From Polaromonas sp. (GTDB lineage Bacteria; Pseudomonadota; Gammaproteobacteria; Burkholderiales; Burkholderiaceae_C), in the NCBI GenBank assembly GCA_028291905.1, contig JAQGNK010000165.1, forward strand, positions 1 through 51,210: a stretch of 51,210 nt of DNA, read 5' to 3'. The position numbers and the translations under genes are program-made. This document shows positions 35,333 to 45,335 of this stretch, in pieces; position 1 is the stretch's first letter; each line of letters starts with the position of its first letter. Below the pieces are notes generated by a model that worked only from the letters and a program-made list of their open reading frames with translations, did not search any database and was not told where the DNA came from.

Positions 35333-35409
35333 TGGTAGGCGCGATTGGACTCGAACCAACGACCCCCACCATGTCAAGGTGGTGCTCTAACCAGCTGAGC
35401 TACGCGCCT
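35333..35409 (-). tRNA. tRNA-Val(GAC)
   Basis: Reverse complement AGGCGCGTAGCTCAGCTGGTTAGAGCACCACCTTGACATGGTGGGGGTCGTTGGTTCGAGTCCAATCGCGCCTACCA. Confidence 0.97.
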
Positions 35410-35488
35410 AAAGGACTGTTCGACAACCAGTATTCTAGCAGTGCAAAACAGGGGTTTTGGCGACCCATGAAAAATAAGCGCAATAAGT

Positions 35489-37759
35489 TCAGCGTCTTCT
35501 GGCTGAACGAACACCCTGCACATCAGCAACAATGCCCAGCACCTGGTTGAGCCGGCCCGCCTGGGCGACCTCGACCGTGAAGGTCATCCAGGCAGTGCCG
35601 CCTCGGTTGTCCTTGACGGATTGGGTCTGCACGCCGATCACATTCATTTTTTCCTTGGCGAACACTTCTGAAATATCGCGCAGCAAGCCTTGACGGTCAG
35701 CCGCTTCAATCGCCACGTCCACCGGATAAACCGAGCCGTTGGGCGCTTTGGGCGAACTCCACTCCACCTCGATCACCCGATCCGGACTGCCGCTGGCCAT
35801 GTTGCGGAAATTGCTGCAGTCGCTGCGGTGGATGCTCACGCCCTTTCCCTTGGTAACAAAGCCGAGGATCACATCGGGCGGAGCAGGCTTGCAGCATTTG
35901 GCCAGTTGCGTCAGCAATGAATCCATGCCCACGACCAGCACGCTGCCTTTGCCGCCTTTGCCCGCAGCGCTGGATTTGTCGGACTGGCGCGGTTTTTTGA
36001 CCAGCACAAAATCATCCGCCGATGGCACCGGATCGGGCGGCCTGAGCATGTTTTCAATCGTGCGCAGCGACAACTCATCCTTTCCCACCACCTCGAACAG
36101 GTCATCGGCCGTTTTGAATCCAAGCAGCAGCGCCAGATCCTGCAGCTTGATCGCGGTCTTGCCCTCGCGCTGGAGCAGTTTTTCAACCGCTTCCCTGCCC
36201 CGTGCCACGGTGTGTTCCATGGCTTGGGCGTTGAACCAGGCGCGGACCTTGGATTTGGCCCGGTTGCTGGTCAGAAAGCACAGCTCGGGGTTGAGCCAGT
36301 CACGCGACGGACCGCCTTCCTTCGCCGTGATGACTTCAACCGTCTGGCCGTTGTGCAGCGGCGTATTCAGCGGCACCATCACGCCATCGATACGGGCGCC
36401 CCGGCAGCGGTGGCCCAGGCTGGTGTGCACGCTGTAGGCGAAATCGACCGTTGTCGCGCCCTGGGGCAGCTCGACGATGGCCGCGTCAGGCGTCAGCACA
36501 TAGATGCGGTCTTCAAACAGGCCCTGGTTGGCATCGCGGGCACGCTGGGCCGCCGGGGCGGAAAGCTCGCGCTCCCAGGCCAGCAACTGACGTAGAACCG
36601 CGATCTTGGCGTCGTAATCGCTGCTGGCAGAAACGCCGGCATAACCCTTGCTGCCAGCTTCTTTATAAGCCCAGTGCGCCGCGACGCCGGTTTCGGCATG
36701 GTCATGCATGGCCTGCGTGCGTATCTGGATTTCGACAGCCCGCCCGCCCTCGTCGCGAACCACCGTGTGCAGCGACTGGTAGCCGTTGGCCTTGGGCCGG
36801 GCGATGTAGTCGTCGAATTCTCCATGGATCGGGGTAAAGCAGGAATGCACGAACCCCAGCGCCGCATAGCAGCCCTTGGCATCGGCGGCAATCACGCGCA
36901 TCGCCCGGATGTCGAACACCTGGTCAAAATCAAGCGCCTTGCCGCGCATTTTCTTGACGATGCTGTAGATGTGCTTGGGCCGGCCCTGCACCAGCGCGGC
37001 GATGCCGTTCTGGTTCAGCCCGCGCTCCAGCTGCACCCGCAGGGCTTCCATGAAGACTTCGCGACCGGCCCGCTTTTCATCCAGCAACCGGGCAATGTGC
37101 TTGTAGGTGTCGGGTTCGAGGTAACGGAATGACAGGTCTTCCATTTCCCATTTGATCTGCCAGATGCCCAGCCGGTTGGCCAGCGGCGCAAACACATGCA
37201 GCGACTCGTGCGCCAGGGCCTTGGGCGCGGCCTGCCGGCTGGCGGCGTAATAGCGCAGGGTCTGCAGGCGCGAGGCCAGGCGCAGCATCACCACCCGCAA
37301 ATCACGCGAGAAAGCCAGCAGCATCCGGCGCACGTTTTCGGTTTGCGCGGCGGGGTCTTCATGCAGCTGCGCTTTGGCGTCGGTCAGGCGCGTCTGGCGC
37401 TGGACATAGATCAGCTTGGTGGTTTCCACCGCCAGCGCCGCATAGCTGGGGCCAAAGGCCTTGGCGATGACTTCCTGCGGCTTGTTCAGGTGCTGGCAGG
37501 AATGCACCAGGTAAGTGGCAGCCTGCATGGCTTCGGAGCCGCCGATGGACTTGAGAATGGCCACCACCGCATCGGCATGGGCCAGGATGTTCTCGCCGGT
37601 GTCCATCACTTCGCTGGAAATCAGCGGCTCGGCAAAGGCGCGGGCCCGCAGCAAGGCATGGGGCTGCTCGGGCAGGCTGTCGGCCGTGGCCGTGACGATG
37701 GAGCTGGGCGCATCATGAAAAGGCGTGGGAAGCTGCGCGTCTGCCGCTTTGTTTTTCAT
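35489..37759 (-). CDS. relA: (p)ppGpp synthetase, RelA type
   Basis: APLANRLG, GRPKHIYSI, EFDDYI (ExDD), NGYQSLHT, TGS and ACT domains; HD hydrolase motif degenerate. Confidence 0.93.
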   Translation of the reverse strand: MKNKAADAQLPTPFHDAPSSIVTATADSLPEQPHALLRARAFAEPLISSEVMDTGENILAHADAVVAILKSIGGSEAMQAATYLVHSCQHLNKPQEVIAKAFGPSYAALAVETTKLIYVQRQTRLTDAKAQLHEDPAAQTENVRRMLLAFSRDLRVVMLRLASRLQTLRYYAASRQAAPKALAHESLHVFAPLANRLGIWQIKWEMEDLSFRYLEPDTYKHIARLLDEKRAGREVFMEALRVQLERGLNQNGIAALVQGRPKHIYSIVKKMRGKALDFDQVFDIRAMRVIAADAKGCYAALGFVHSCFTPIHGEFDDYIARPKANGYQSLHTVVRDEGGRAVEIQIRTQAMHDHAETGVAAHWAYKEAGSKGYAGVSASSDYDAKIAVLRQLLAWERELSAPAAQRARDANQGLFEDRIYVLTPDAAIVELPQGATTVDFAYSVHTSLGHRCRGARIDGVMVPLNTPLHNGQTVEVITAKEGGPSRDWLNPELCFLTSNRAKSKVRAWFNAQAMEHTVARGREAVEKLLQREGKTAIKLQDLALLLGFKTADDLFEVVGKDELSLRTIENMLRPPDPVPSADDFVLVKKPRQSDKSSAAGKGGKGSVLVVGMDSLLTQLAKCCKPAPPDVILGFVTKGKGVSIHRSDCSNFRNMASGSPDRVIEVEWSSPKAPNGSVYPVDVAIEAADRQGLLRDISEVFAKEKMNVIGVQTQSVKDNRGGTAWMTFTVEVAQAGRLNQVLGIVADVQGVRSARRR

Positions 37760-37818
37760 CTGGTTCTCAATTTTTCAATCTCTCGATCACACCTGCACCG
37801 GGCCAGGGAGAGAGAGCG

Positions 37819-38748
37819 TCAAGCCAGCAGAAAGCCAGCCACGGCGGCAACCTGGTCCTTGGCGATCAGCGTTGGGGCATGTCCCACACCGGCCAGCTCG
37901 ACCAGCCGTGCACGGGGGCCGCGCACGGTCATGGCCTGGGCGGTTTCATGGCTCAGCAAATCCGATTCGGCGCCGCGCAGCAGCAGCGTTTCGGCCTTGA
38001 TGGCCTCATACAAGTGCCAGAGCATGGCTTCTCCCTGCTGCGAACCTTCTTGCGTCGCTGACTTGAAGGGCTGCGCAATCGCCGGGTCGTAATGCAGGCG
38101 CAGCAAACTGCCGGCCGCAGCCGACACCGGCCTGAGCATGGGCTGGGACAGGGCGAGCCACTGCTCCGGCGTGTGCGGGCCAAAGCCCTTGGAAATCGCC
38201 CACATCGCATCGGCGGCTTGCTGAACCGTCGCGAAGTGCCCGGCCTGGCCGACGTAAGCGGCGATCCGCTCGATGGCCGACCACTCCAGCGCGGGGCCGA
38301 CATCATTGAGCACCAGCCGGCGCACCGGCACTGGAAGCGGCAGGTCGGGCTGCCCGCAGACCACAATGCCGATCAGCCCGCCCATGCTGGTGCCGACCCA
38401 GTCCAGCGTGGCGATGGGCGACTGCGCATGGAGTTGCGCCAGCAAGGCCAGCATGTCGGCCGCGTAAAACGGCACCTGATAGGCCGCCGGGTCTTTCAGC
38501 CAGTCGCTTTCGCCCCGGCCCGCCACATCGGGGCAGATCACCCGCAGGCCGCCGGCCATGGTCCCCTCCGCTTGCGCGCACAAAGCCTGCGCCAGCGTGT
38601 CGAAGTCCCGCCCCTGTCGCGTCAACCCATGCACGCACAGCACGACATGCGGGCTGTCAGGCTGCCCCCACTGCCAGTAGGCCATGCGATGGCCGCCAGC
38701 GGCATCGGGGCAGGAAACGTGGTTCAGGGTGGGTTGGGTCATGGGCAT
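37819..38748 (-). CDS. Alpha/beta-fold hydrolase
   Basis: HGLTR, DVAGRGES, GTSMGG nucleophile elbow, GHAP. Confidence 0.92.
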   Translation of the reverse strand: MPMTQPTLNHVSCPDAAGGHRMAYWQWGQPDSPHVVLCVHGLTRQGRDFDTLAQALCAQAEGTMAGGLRVICPDVAGRGESDWLKDPAAYQVPFYAADMLALLAQLHAQSPIATLDWVGTSMGGLIGIVVCGQPDLPLPVPVRRLVLNDVGPALEWSAIERIAAYVGQAGHFATVQQAADAMWAISKGFGPHTPEQWLALSQPMLRPVSAAAGSLLRLHYDPAIAQPFKSATQEGSQQGEAMLWHLYEAIKAETLLLRGAESDLLSHETAQAMTVRGPRARLVELAGVGHAPTLIAKDQVAAVAGFLLA

Positions 38749-38866
38749 TCGCTCAGGAAAGGGCTGAAGATGGCTTCATAATCGATTCGGCAGGCGTTGC
38801 ATTGTCATGCGCGCATGAGCGCCTCGAATCTCAAGTCAACCATCGTAAATCATCCGGAGAAACTTC

Positions 38867-39649
38867 ATGCTCAAAGGTAAAACGGCTCTTGTCACCGGCT
38901 CGACCAGCGGTATCGGTCTGGGCATTGCCAAGGCCCTGGCCGAACAAGGCGCCAACATCGTCCTCAATGGCTTTGGCGATGTGGAAGGCCCCAAAGCCGA
39001 GATTTCAGCGCTGGGCGTGAAGGTCGCCTACCACGGCGCCGACATGAGCAAGCCGGCCGAGATCGAGGCCATGATGGCCTTTGCCGCCGCCGAGTTCGGC
39101 CAGGTCGATATCCTGGTCAACAACGCCGGCATCCAGCATGTGGCGCGGATCGAGAATTTCCCGGTCGAGAAATGGGACGCCGTCATCGCCATCAACCTCA
39201 GCAGCGCCTTTCATGCCACCCGCCTGGCGCTGCCCGCCATGCTGGCCGCCAATAACGGCAAGGGCTGGGGGCGCATCATCAATATCGCCTCGGCGCACGG
39301 CCTGGTCGGCTCGCCGGAAAAGTCGGCCTACGTGGCCGCCAAGCATGGCATTGTCGGCCTGACCAAGGTGACCGCCCTGGAAAACGCCACCACCGGTGTG
39401 ACCTGCAATGCGATCTGCCCCGGCTGGGTGCTGACGCCGCTGGTGCAAAAGCAGGTAGATGCCCGTGCCGCCGCCGGCGGCATCAGCAATGCAGCGGCAA
39501 CCGAGCAGCTGCTGGGCGAAAAAGAGCCATCGATGCAGTTCACCACGCCCGAAGAGCTGGGCGCGCTAGCGGTGTTCTTCTGCTCGCCGGCTGGCAACAA
39601 TGTGCGCGGCGTGGCCTGGAACATGGACGGCGGCTGGGTTGCGCAATAA
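38867..39649 (+). CDS. bdhA: 3-hydroxybutyrate dehydrogenase
   Basis: TGSTSGIG, NNAGIQH, SAHGLV, KSAYVAAKHG, CPGWVLTPLV. Confidence 0.93.
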   Translation: MLKGKTALVTGSTSGIGLGIAKALAEQGANIVLNGFGDVEGPKAEISALGVKVAYHGADMSKPAEIEAMMAFAAAEFGQVDILVNNAGIQHVARIENFPVEKWDAVIAINLSSAFHATRLALPAMLAANNGKGWGRIINIASAHGLVGSPEKSAYVAAKHGIVGLTKVTALENATTGVTCNAICPGWVLTPLVQKQVDARAAAGGISNAAATEQLLGEKEPSMQFTTPEELGALAVFFCSPAGNNVRGVAWNMDGGWVAQ

Positions 39650-39688
39650 GTTTATTTTTAGGGCGCGTTCGTTCTGGTCAGCAAACAG

Positions 39689-39753
39689 TTTTCAGGATCA
39701 AACAGGCCTGCGGCGTAGGCTGAATCTGCGCAGGCAGCTATTAATTCAGTAGC
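39689..39753 (-). repeat. 65-bp dispersed element, copy 9 (intergenic, convergent genes)
   Basis: Reverse complement gctactgaattaatagc-tgcct-gcgca-gattcagcc-tacgc-cgcaggcc-tgtttgatcctgaaaa; a separate palindrome CGCTTGCA-T-TGCAAGCG follows at 39762-39778. Confidence 0.93.
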
Positions 39754-39790
39754 AATCAGAGCGCTTGCATTGCAAGCGAGAGATTTCGCT

Positions 39791-40897
39791 CTAAGGCGCC
39801 GACAGCAGCCGGCTGACGTAAGTGCCAATTGCCAGCGAACTCGTCAGCCCCGGCGACTCGATGCCGAACAGGTTGACCAGCCCAGCCACGCCATGCGCCG
39901 CCGGCCCCTGGATCAGGAAGTCCTTCGCCGGCTCGTCGGGCGCCTGAATCTTGGGCCGCATGCCGGCATAGCCGGGAATCAGGCTGCCGTCCTGCAGCGC
40001 CGGCCAGTATTTGCGCACTTCGGCGTAAAACCCGTCGCCCCGCGCCGGATCGACCACCAGGTCGTCGGGCGAATCCACCCACTGCACATCGGGGCCGAAC
40101 TTGGCCTGGCCGCCCAGGTCAATCGTCAGGTGCACGCCCAGGCCGGCGGCTTCGGGCACCGGGTAGATCAGCCGGGCGAACGGCGAGCGGCCGGTCAGGG
40201 TGAAGTAGTTGCCCTTGGCGAAGTGGCTGGGCGGCACGAAATGCGGCGCCAGCCCGCCAAAGCGCCGCGCCAGCGCCTGTGCCTGCAGCCCGGCCGAATT
40301 GACGACCGAGCGGGCCTGCAGCTCGGTACCGTCATTTGCTATTAAAGTAATAGCTGCTTGCACAGATTGCATATGCGCTACAGCCGTATTGAGCACTACA
40401 AGCCCGCCAGCGTTCTCCAGGTCGCCCTGCAGCGCCAGCATCAACCCGTGGCTGTCCACGATGCCGGTGCTGGGCGAATGCACCGCCGCCACGCATTCGA
40501 GCTGCGGCTCCAGCGCCCTGGCCTCCTCCCGGCTCAGGAGCACCAGGTCATGCACGCCGTTGGCGGCGGCCTTGGCGATGATGCCCTGCAGCTGCGCCAC
40601 CTGCGCGTCGCTGGTGGCCACGATCAGCTTGCCGCAGCGGCTGTGGCTGACGCCGCGCTGGGCGCAATACTCATACAGCAAGGCCCTGCCCTGCACGCAC
40701 AACGTGGCCTTGAGCGAGCTTTGCGGGTAGTAAATCCCGGCATGGATCACCTCGCTGTTGCGCGAGCTGGTGCCGGTGCCGATGGCGTCGGCAGCCTCCA
40801 GCACCATCACTTCACGGCCCTGCAGGGCCAGCGCCCTGGCAATGGCCAGGCCCACGACACCGGCTCCAATCACTACGCAATCGACCTGATCCATCAT
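39791..40897 (-). CDS. FAD-dependent oxidoreductase, L-2-hydroxyglutarate oxidase-like
   Basis: [47 protein letters not shown]. Confidence 0.9.
   Translation of the reverse strand: MMDQVDCVVIGAGVVGLAIARALALQGREVMVLEAADAIGTGTSSRNSEVIHAGIYYPQSSLKATLCVQGRALLYEYCAQRGVSHSRCGKLIVATSDAQVAQLQGIIAKAAANGVHDLVLLSREEARALEPQLECVAAVHSPSTGIVDSHGLMLALQGDLENAGGLVVLNTAVAHMQSVQAAITLIANDGTELQARSVVNSAGLQAQALARRFGGLAPHFVPPSHFAKGNYFTLTGRSPFARLIYPVPEAAGLGVHLTIDLGGQAKFGPDVQWVDSPDDLVVDPARGDGFYAEVRKYWPALQDGSLIPGYAGMRPKIQAPDEPAKDFLIQGPAAHGVAGLVNLFGIESPGLTSSLAIGTYVSRLLSAP
40338..40401 (+). repeat. 64-bp dispersed element, copy 10 (inside FAD oxidoreductase)
   Basis: gctattaaagtaatagc-tgctt-gcaca-gattgcata-tgcgc-tacagccg-tattgagcactacaa; encodes [20 protein letters not shown]. 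Confidence 0.9.
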
Positions 40898-41979
40898 GCT
40901 TCCTCTACAGTGGTTTGCTCGAAGCCTTCGAGCACATTGACGGCATTGACCCCCAGCTCTGCCGCCGCGTAGCCGCCCTCAAGAATGAAAATCGTGGGCA
41001 AGCCCAGTTGGCCCAGGCGTTCGCCCAGCCGGGTGAAGTCGTCCGGCTGAAGCAGGAATTTCGAGATCGGGTCGCCGGCAAAGGTGTCCAGGCCCAACGA
41101 CACCACCAGTGCCTCGGCGCCGTGGCAGGCGATGCGCTCGCAGGCCACCTCTAGCGCGGCAAACCACTGGCTGGCGGTGCTGCCTGCGGGCAGCGGCAGG
41201 TTCAGGTTGAAACCCTCGCCTTCGCCCGCGCCCTGCTCATCGGCATGGCCCAAGTAAAACGGGTATTCGGTCGACGGGTCGCCGTGGATGCTGACGAACA
41301 GCACGTCAGCGCGCTCGTAGAAAATGCTTTGCGTGCCGTTGCCGTGGTGGTAATCGACATCGAGCAGCGCGACCTTTCGGCAGCCTTTCGCAGTCGCAGC
41401 ACCGGCGCCATTGACCAGGCTTTGCGCGGCGACGGCGGCGTTGTTCAAAAAGCAGTAGCCGCCCATGAAATCAGCGCCCGCATGGTGGCCGGGCGGCCGG
41501 GTGCAGCAGAAAACCGCATCCCCGCCCTTCAGTCCTCCGTCCAGCAGCAGCGCCGCCGCGCTGGCCGCGGCATCCGCGCCGGCCTTGGCCGCGCCCCAGG
41601 TGCCGGCCACCAGCGGGCAACCGTTGTCCATCGAATACAAGCCCAGCCGGGCGGTGAAGTTGACCGGCTCCACGTCGCTGCGCAGGCTGCGCACCGGCCA
41701 GACCGATGGAAAAGGCTGGAGCCCGGCATGGGCCGGGTCAAGCGCCACCCAGTCATTCCAGGCCTGTTCAAGAAAGGCCAGGTAGCGCTTTGTATGGACC
41801 TGCGCCAGCACGGGGTGGCTGTCCACATGGGCGGCGCGGAGTTTGTGACCCCGCGCGGCCAGCCTTTGCTCGACGATATCGGCCCGCGCCGGCGTTTCAA
41901 AAGCGGGCACCCGGTCGCCGCGAAATATCTCGAAGGCCGGGGCATGGTCGCGGTGTAACGGGCTGTAGAGAGTAATCAT
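40894..41979 (-). CDS. Histone deacetylase family protein (acetylpolyamine amidohydrolase-like)
   Basis: [45 protein letters not shown]. Confidence 0.93.
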   Translation of the reverse strand: MITLYSPLHRDHAPAFEIFRGDRVPAFETPARADIVEQRLAARGHKLRAAHVDSHPVLAQVHTKRYLAFLEQAWNDWVALDPAHAGLQPFPSVWPVRSLRSDVEPVNFTARLGLYSMDNGCPLVAGTWGAAKAGADAAASAAALLLDGGLKGGDAVFCCTRPPGHHAGADFMGGYCFLNNAAVAAQSLVNGAGAATAKGCRKVALLDVDYHHGNGTQSIFYERADVLFVSIHGDPSTEYPFYLGHADEQGAGEGEGFNLNLPLPAGSTASQWFAALEVACERIACHGAEALVVSLGLDTFAGDPISKFLLQPDDFTRLGERLGQLGLPTIFILEGGYAAAELGVNAVNVLEGFEQTTVEEA

Positions 41980-42054
41980 GGCGGCAGGTCAAGGTTGAAG
42001 TGAAATCTGGACGCGGCTGGCGGAGCAGCGAACAAGCTGCCCGCCAGAATGCCG

Positions 42055-42900
42055 CTACAGGCGGCGCGGATCGGTGACCATCAGCAGGCCCAGCAACGAA
42101 CGCAGGCTGGCCTTGAGCGCCTCATATCCCTCGTGGAGTTCCAGGCTGGCTTCGTTCATGTAGAGCTTGCGGTTGATTTCAAGCTGGATGCTGTGCCGCT
42201 GCTTCGCCGGGTCGCCGTAGCGGCGCACCAGTTCGACGCCTTTGTAAGGATGGTTGTAGGCCACGTCGTAGCCCAGCGCCCGCAGGTGCTCGCACACCAG
42301 GCGCGACAGGACCGGGCTGGCGGTGCTGCCGTCCCGGTCGCCGACGACGAAATCGGCATGCGCCTCGCCCGGAAAATCAGTCGCATGGCTCGACGCAATC
42401 GCCGGCATCGAATGGCAGTTGATGTGCAGGCTGTAGCCATGCGCGGCATGGGCCGCATCAATCGCCTGGGCGAGCGCCGCATGGTAGGGCTGCCAGCAGT
42501 GGTCGATGCGCGCCTGCACTTCGGCGACCGACAGCCGACGCTCATAGATCGGCACGCCGTCGTCGGTGGTGCGCCAGATCAGCCCCTTGCCCAGGCGCAC
42601 CTTGGACAAAATGCGCGGATCGGTTTCCACCGGCCCCGGCCAGGGCTGGTCGAGCAGCGACACATCGAGTTCGGTGGTGTTGCGGTTGGCGTCGAGGTAG
42701 CTGCGCGGGAAATGCGCCTCTATCCAGTGCGCGCCCAGGGCGGGCGCGAAGTCATACAGCTTTTCGACATGCGTGTCCTCGGCGCGGCGCAAGGTGGCCA
42801 GCTCGCAGGTGTAGAGAAAATCCGGCGGATAGGCAACGCCGCTGTGGGGCGAATCAAGCACCAGGGCGCTGCTGCCGGGAAGATGGGTGATGAACTGCAT
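42055..42900 (-). CDS. N-formylglutamate amidohydrolase family protein
   Basis: DSPHSG, FPRSYLDANR, WQPYH, CHSMP, YNHPYKG, HSIQLEINRKLYM. Confidence 0.92.
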   Translation of the reverse strand: MQFITHLPGSSALVLDSPHSGVAYPPDFLYTCELATLRRAEDTHVEKLYDFAPALGAHWIEAHFPRSYLDANRNTTELDVSLLDQPWPGPVETDPRILSKVRLGKGLIWRTTDDGVPIYERRLSVAEVQARIDHCWQPYHAALAQAIDAAHAAHGYSLHINCHSMPAIASSHATDFPGEAHADFVVGDRDGSTASPVLSRLVCEHLRALGYDVAYNHPYKGVELVRRYGDPAKQRHSIQLEINRKLYMNEASLELHEGYEALKASLRSLLGLLMVTDPRRL

Positions 42901-43161
42901 GGCCCGACTTTATCAGCAGCTTTCAGGCTCCGGCGAGCCGCCTTTTCAAAGGCTCAGCCCCTTTTTCGCGCTGAAAGCACAGCTCCTTCACTTCAGTCTT
43001 CGTGAGATTGCAAACTTCCTTTTGTCCTACACGACATTTACTTTTGCACCCCTATTTGCATGAGCCTGAACCCTTAAAGTAGATCAGGCACGGGGCCTTC
43101 ACATGCTCTCGTCAGGCATGGGCCTTGTCCATTCACAAAATCATTCATCAAAGGAAGCACC

Positions 43162-43764
43162 ATGAAACTCTTGAGCCGGACCTTTTCAGCCGCTCTGCTG
43201 GCTGTAGCTGCCATGGCCGCGACAGGCGGCGCGCAGGCCCAAAGCGGTACTTTCGGCAATTACTCGCTCTATGGACCCGGTGCTGGTTATGTGGGGCTGA
43301 ACCTCGGCCAGTCGAACTATTCGCTGGGCAACGGCATCGGCCCGTTCGCATCGGAAGACCATGACACGGTGTACAACATCTATAGCGGCACCTTCTTCAA
43401 CCCCAACTTCGGGCTGGAGCTGGGCTACACCCATTTCGGCAATATCGAGCGGGCCGGGGGCGACACCAAGGCCCAGGGCATCAACCTGAGCCTGGTTGGC
43501 CGGGCGCCGATCAGCGGCTCGTTCAACCTGCTTGGCAAGCTCGGCACGACCTACGGCCGCACCGAGGTATCGGCATTTCCGGGCTCGGGCGTGGCCTCGG
43601 GCAAGGAAAACGGCTTTGGCCTGTCCTATGGCGTGGGCGCCGAGTATTCGTTCACCCCGCAGCTGTCGGGCGTGCTGCAGTATGACGAGCACCGCCTGAA
43701 ATTCGCCGGCGGCGAACGCGACCGGGTGAACGCCACCACCGTGGGCTTGCGCTACCGCTTCTGA
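43162..43764 (+). CDS. Outer membrane beta-barrel protein (OmpA-like transmembrane domain)
   Basis: AAGGAAG before ATG, signal peptide ending AQA, GLELGY, GVGAEY, C-terminal VGLRYRF. Confidence 0.9.
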   Translation: MKLLSRTFSAALLAVAAMAATGGAQAQSGTFGNYSLYGPGAGYVGLNLGQSNYSLGNGIGPFASEDHDTVYNIYSGTFFNPNFGLELGYTHFGNIERAGGDTKAQGINLSLVGRAPISGSFNLLGKLGTTYGRTEVSAFPGSGVASGKENGFGLSYGVGAEYSFTPQLSGVLQYDEHRLKFAGGERDRVNATTVGLRYRF

Positions 43765-43795
43765 CGCTTGGAACTTTCGGGCGCCTGGCGCCAGC

Positions 43796-43828
43796 AGCCT
43801 GCAGACCTTTGGGTTTGCAGGCTTTTTT
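43796..43828 (+). terminator. Intrinsic terminator after the OMP gene
   Basis: AGCCTGCAGACC-TTTG-GGTTTGCAGGCT followed by a T run. Confidence 0.85.
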
Positions 43829-43850
43829 GTTGAGGCCATGGTTTTTGGTT

Positions 43851-43914
43851 GCTATTGAATAGATAGCTGCCTGCGCATACGCTGCATGCGCCAAAGGCCG
43901 ATTTACCTTGAAAA
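43851..43914 (+). repeat. 64-bp dispersed element, copy 11 (intergenic)
   Basis: gctattgaatagatagc-tgcct-gcgca-tacgctgca-tgcgc-caaaggcc-gatttaccttgaaaa; close to consensus. Confidence 0.95.
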
Positions 43915-44030
43915 CTCAAATTTTCAGCCCACTGGGGCGATGCGCCAGCCCTGCCAGCCTGAGCCATCGTTGAAAATACCGCCTGCCGGCCCTTTGGCCT
44001 CCTGCCTGCCTTCGCTGGAAAACCCGTCTG

Positions 44031-44474
44031 ATGAATCCCCCCAAGTCCGTCAAGGAACGCTTCTTTCATTCCCTCGTCTTCGAGGTGCTGGCCATTGCCA
44101 TCTGCGCGCCGCTGGGCACCTGGCTGCTGGGCTATCCGCTGGCGCATATCGGGCTGCTGACGCTGATGATCTCGCTGGTCGCGATGAGCTGGAACATGCT
44201 GTTCAATGCCGTGTTCGACCGCATCGAGCGCCACCGGGGAACTGCCCGCACGCTGGCAGCACGGGTACTGCATGCGGTGCTGTTTGAAATCGGCCTGCTG
44301 CTGGCGGTGGTGCCGCTGGCCGCCTGGTGGCTGGACATCGGCTTGTGGGAAGCGTTCGTGCTGGACATCGGCATTGCGCTGTTTTTCCTGCCCTATACCT
44401 TTGTCTTCAACTGGGTCTACGACCATCTGCGCGCCCGCCTGATCGCCCGCAGGCTTCGCCGGGCGCCGACCTGA
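44031..44474 (+). CDS. PACE family efflux transporter
   Basis: ERFFHSLVFE, WNMLFNAVFD, RVLHAVLFEIGL, YTFVFNWVYD. Confidence 0.93.
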   Translation: MNPPKSVKERFFHSLVFEVLAIAICAPLGTWLLGYPLAHIGLLTLMISLVAMSWNMLFNAVFDRIERHRGTARTLAARVLHAVLFEIGLLLAVVPLAAWWLDIGLWEAFVLDIGIALFFLPYTFVFNWVYDHLRARLIARRLRRAPT

Positions 44475-44503
44475 CACCCGCCTGCCTGGCCTGCCTGGCT
44501 CGG

Positions 44504-45325
44504 TTATAGCGCCGGCATCGGGTCCAGCGGCAAGGCGCTCGACTGGACGCAGCGGAACTGGCCGCTGGCCGCGTGGAAATCCCAGCGCTCCAGCAGGCAC
44601 GGAACCGGCTGGCCCACGCCTTCGTAGCGGATCAGGTTGACTGAATTCGGAATGCCTTCGCGCACCCGCGTTGACAGCGCGGTGCCGGCCTGGACGCACC
44701 ACAGCCGGCGCTCCAGGCCATTCAGGCGGCTGGACAGGTCGCACAGGTAGGGCAGGTGGATATGGCCGCCCATCACGATGTCCGCCCCCGCGCCGGCCCA
44801 GGCCCGGACCGCCGGCTCCCAGCCCCGCAGGCGGTCATGCTCATCGCCGTGATTCAGCACATGCACCGGCTGGTGAACCACCACGATGCGCAGTTGCGCC
44901 GGGCTGCAGCGGCCCAGCGCGGCCACCACCCGGCGGATCTGCGCTGGCGAGACCTCGCCGTTTTTGTGGCGCCAGGGCCGCGTCGTGTTCACCCCGATGA
45001 CTTCGAGCGACGGCGTTGAAATCGAGTTCTCAAGCTCCGGCCCGAAAGCCCGCAGGTAGCGCGCATAGGGCCTGGCCAGCCGCTCGAAGAGATTGAACAA
45101 GGCGATGTCGTGGTTGCCTGGAATCGCCAGCATCCGGGCAATTCCCAGGCGGTCGCAAAAAGCCCGCGCCTCGGCGAACTCGGCGGGCCGCGCGCGCTGG
45201 GTGATGTCGCCCGACAGCACCAGCACATCGGGCCGCACCGTTGCGGCCATGGCTTCGAGCGCCTGCATCACGGGCGGGTGGACGGTTCCAAAATGCGGAT
45301 CAGAGATTTGCAGCAGACTCGTCAT
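44504..45325 (-). CDS. Metallophosphoesterase
   Basis: ISDPHFG, SGDITQR, PGNHD, VHQP, GGHIH. Confidence 0.92.
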   Translation of the reverse strand: MTSLLQISDPHFGTVHPPVMQALEAMAATVRPDVLVLSGDITQRARPAEFAEARAFCDRLGIARMLAIPGNHDIALFNLFERLARPYARYLRAFGPELENSISTPSLEVIGVNTTRPWRHKNGEVSPAQIRRVVAALGRCSPAQLRIVVVHQPVHVLNHGDEHDRLRGWEPAVRAWAGAGADIVMGGHIHLPYLCDLSSRLNGLERRLWCVQAGTALSTRVREGIPNSVNLIRYEGVGQPVPCLLERWDFHAASGQFRCVQSSALPLDPMPAL

Positions 45326-45335
45326 GAGGGCAGGC

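Noticed and set aside
32820-35409. Possible genomic island between tRNA-Leu and tRNA-Val (somewhat lower GC)
   Set aside because: Contains only core genes rimO and phaR; no integrase and no duplicated tRNA 3' end seen.
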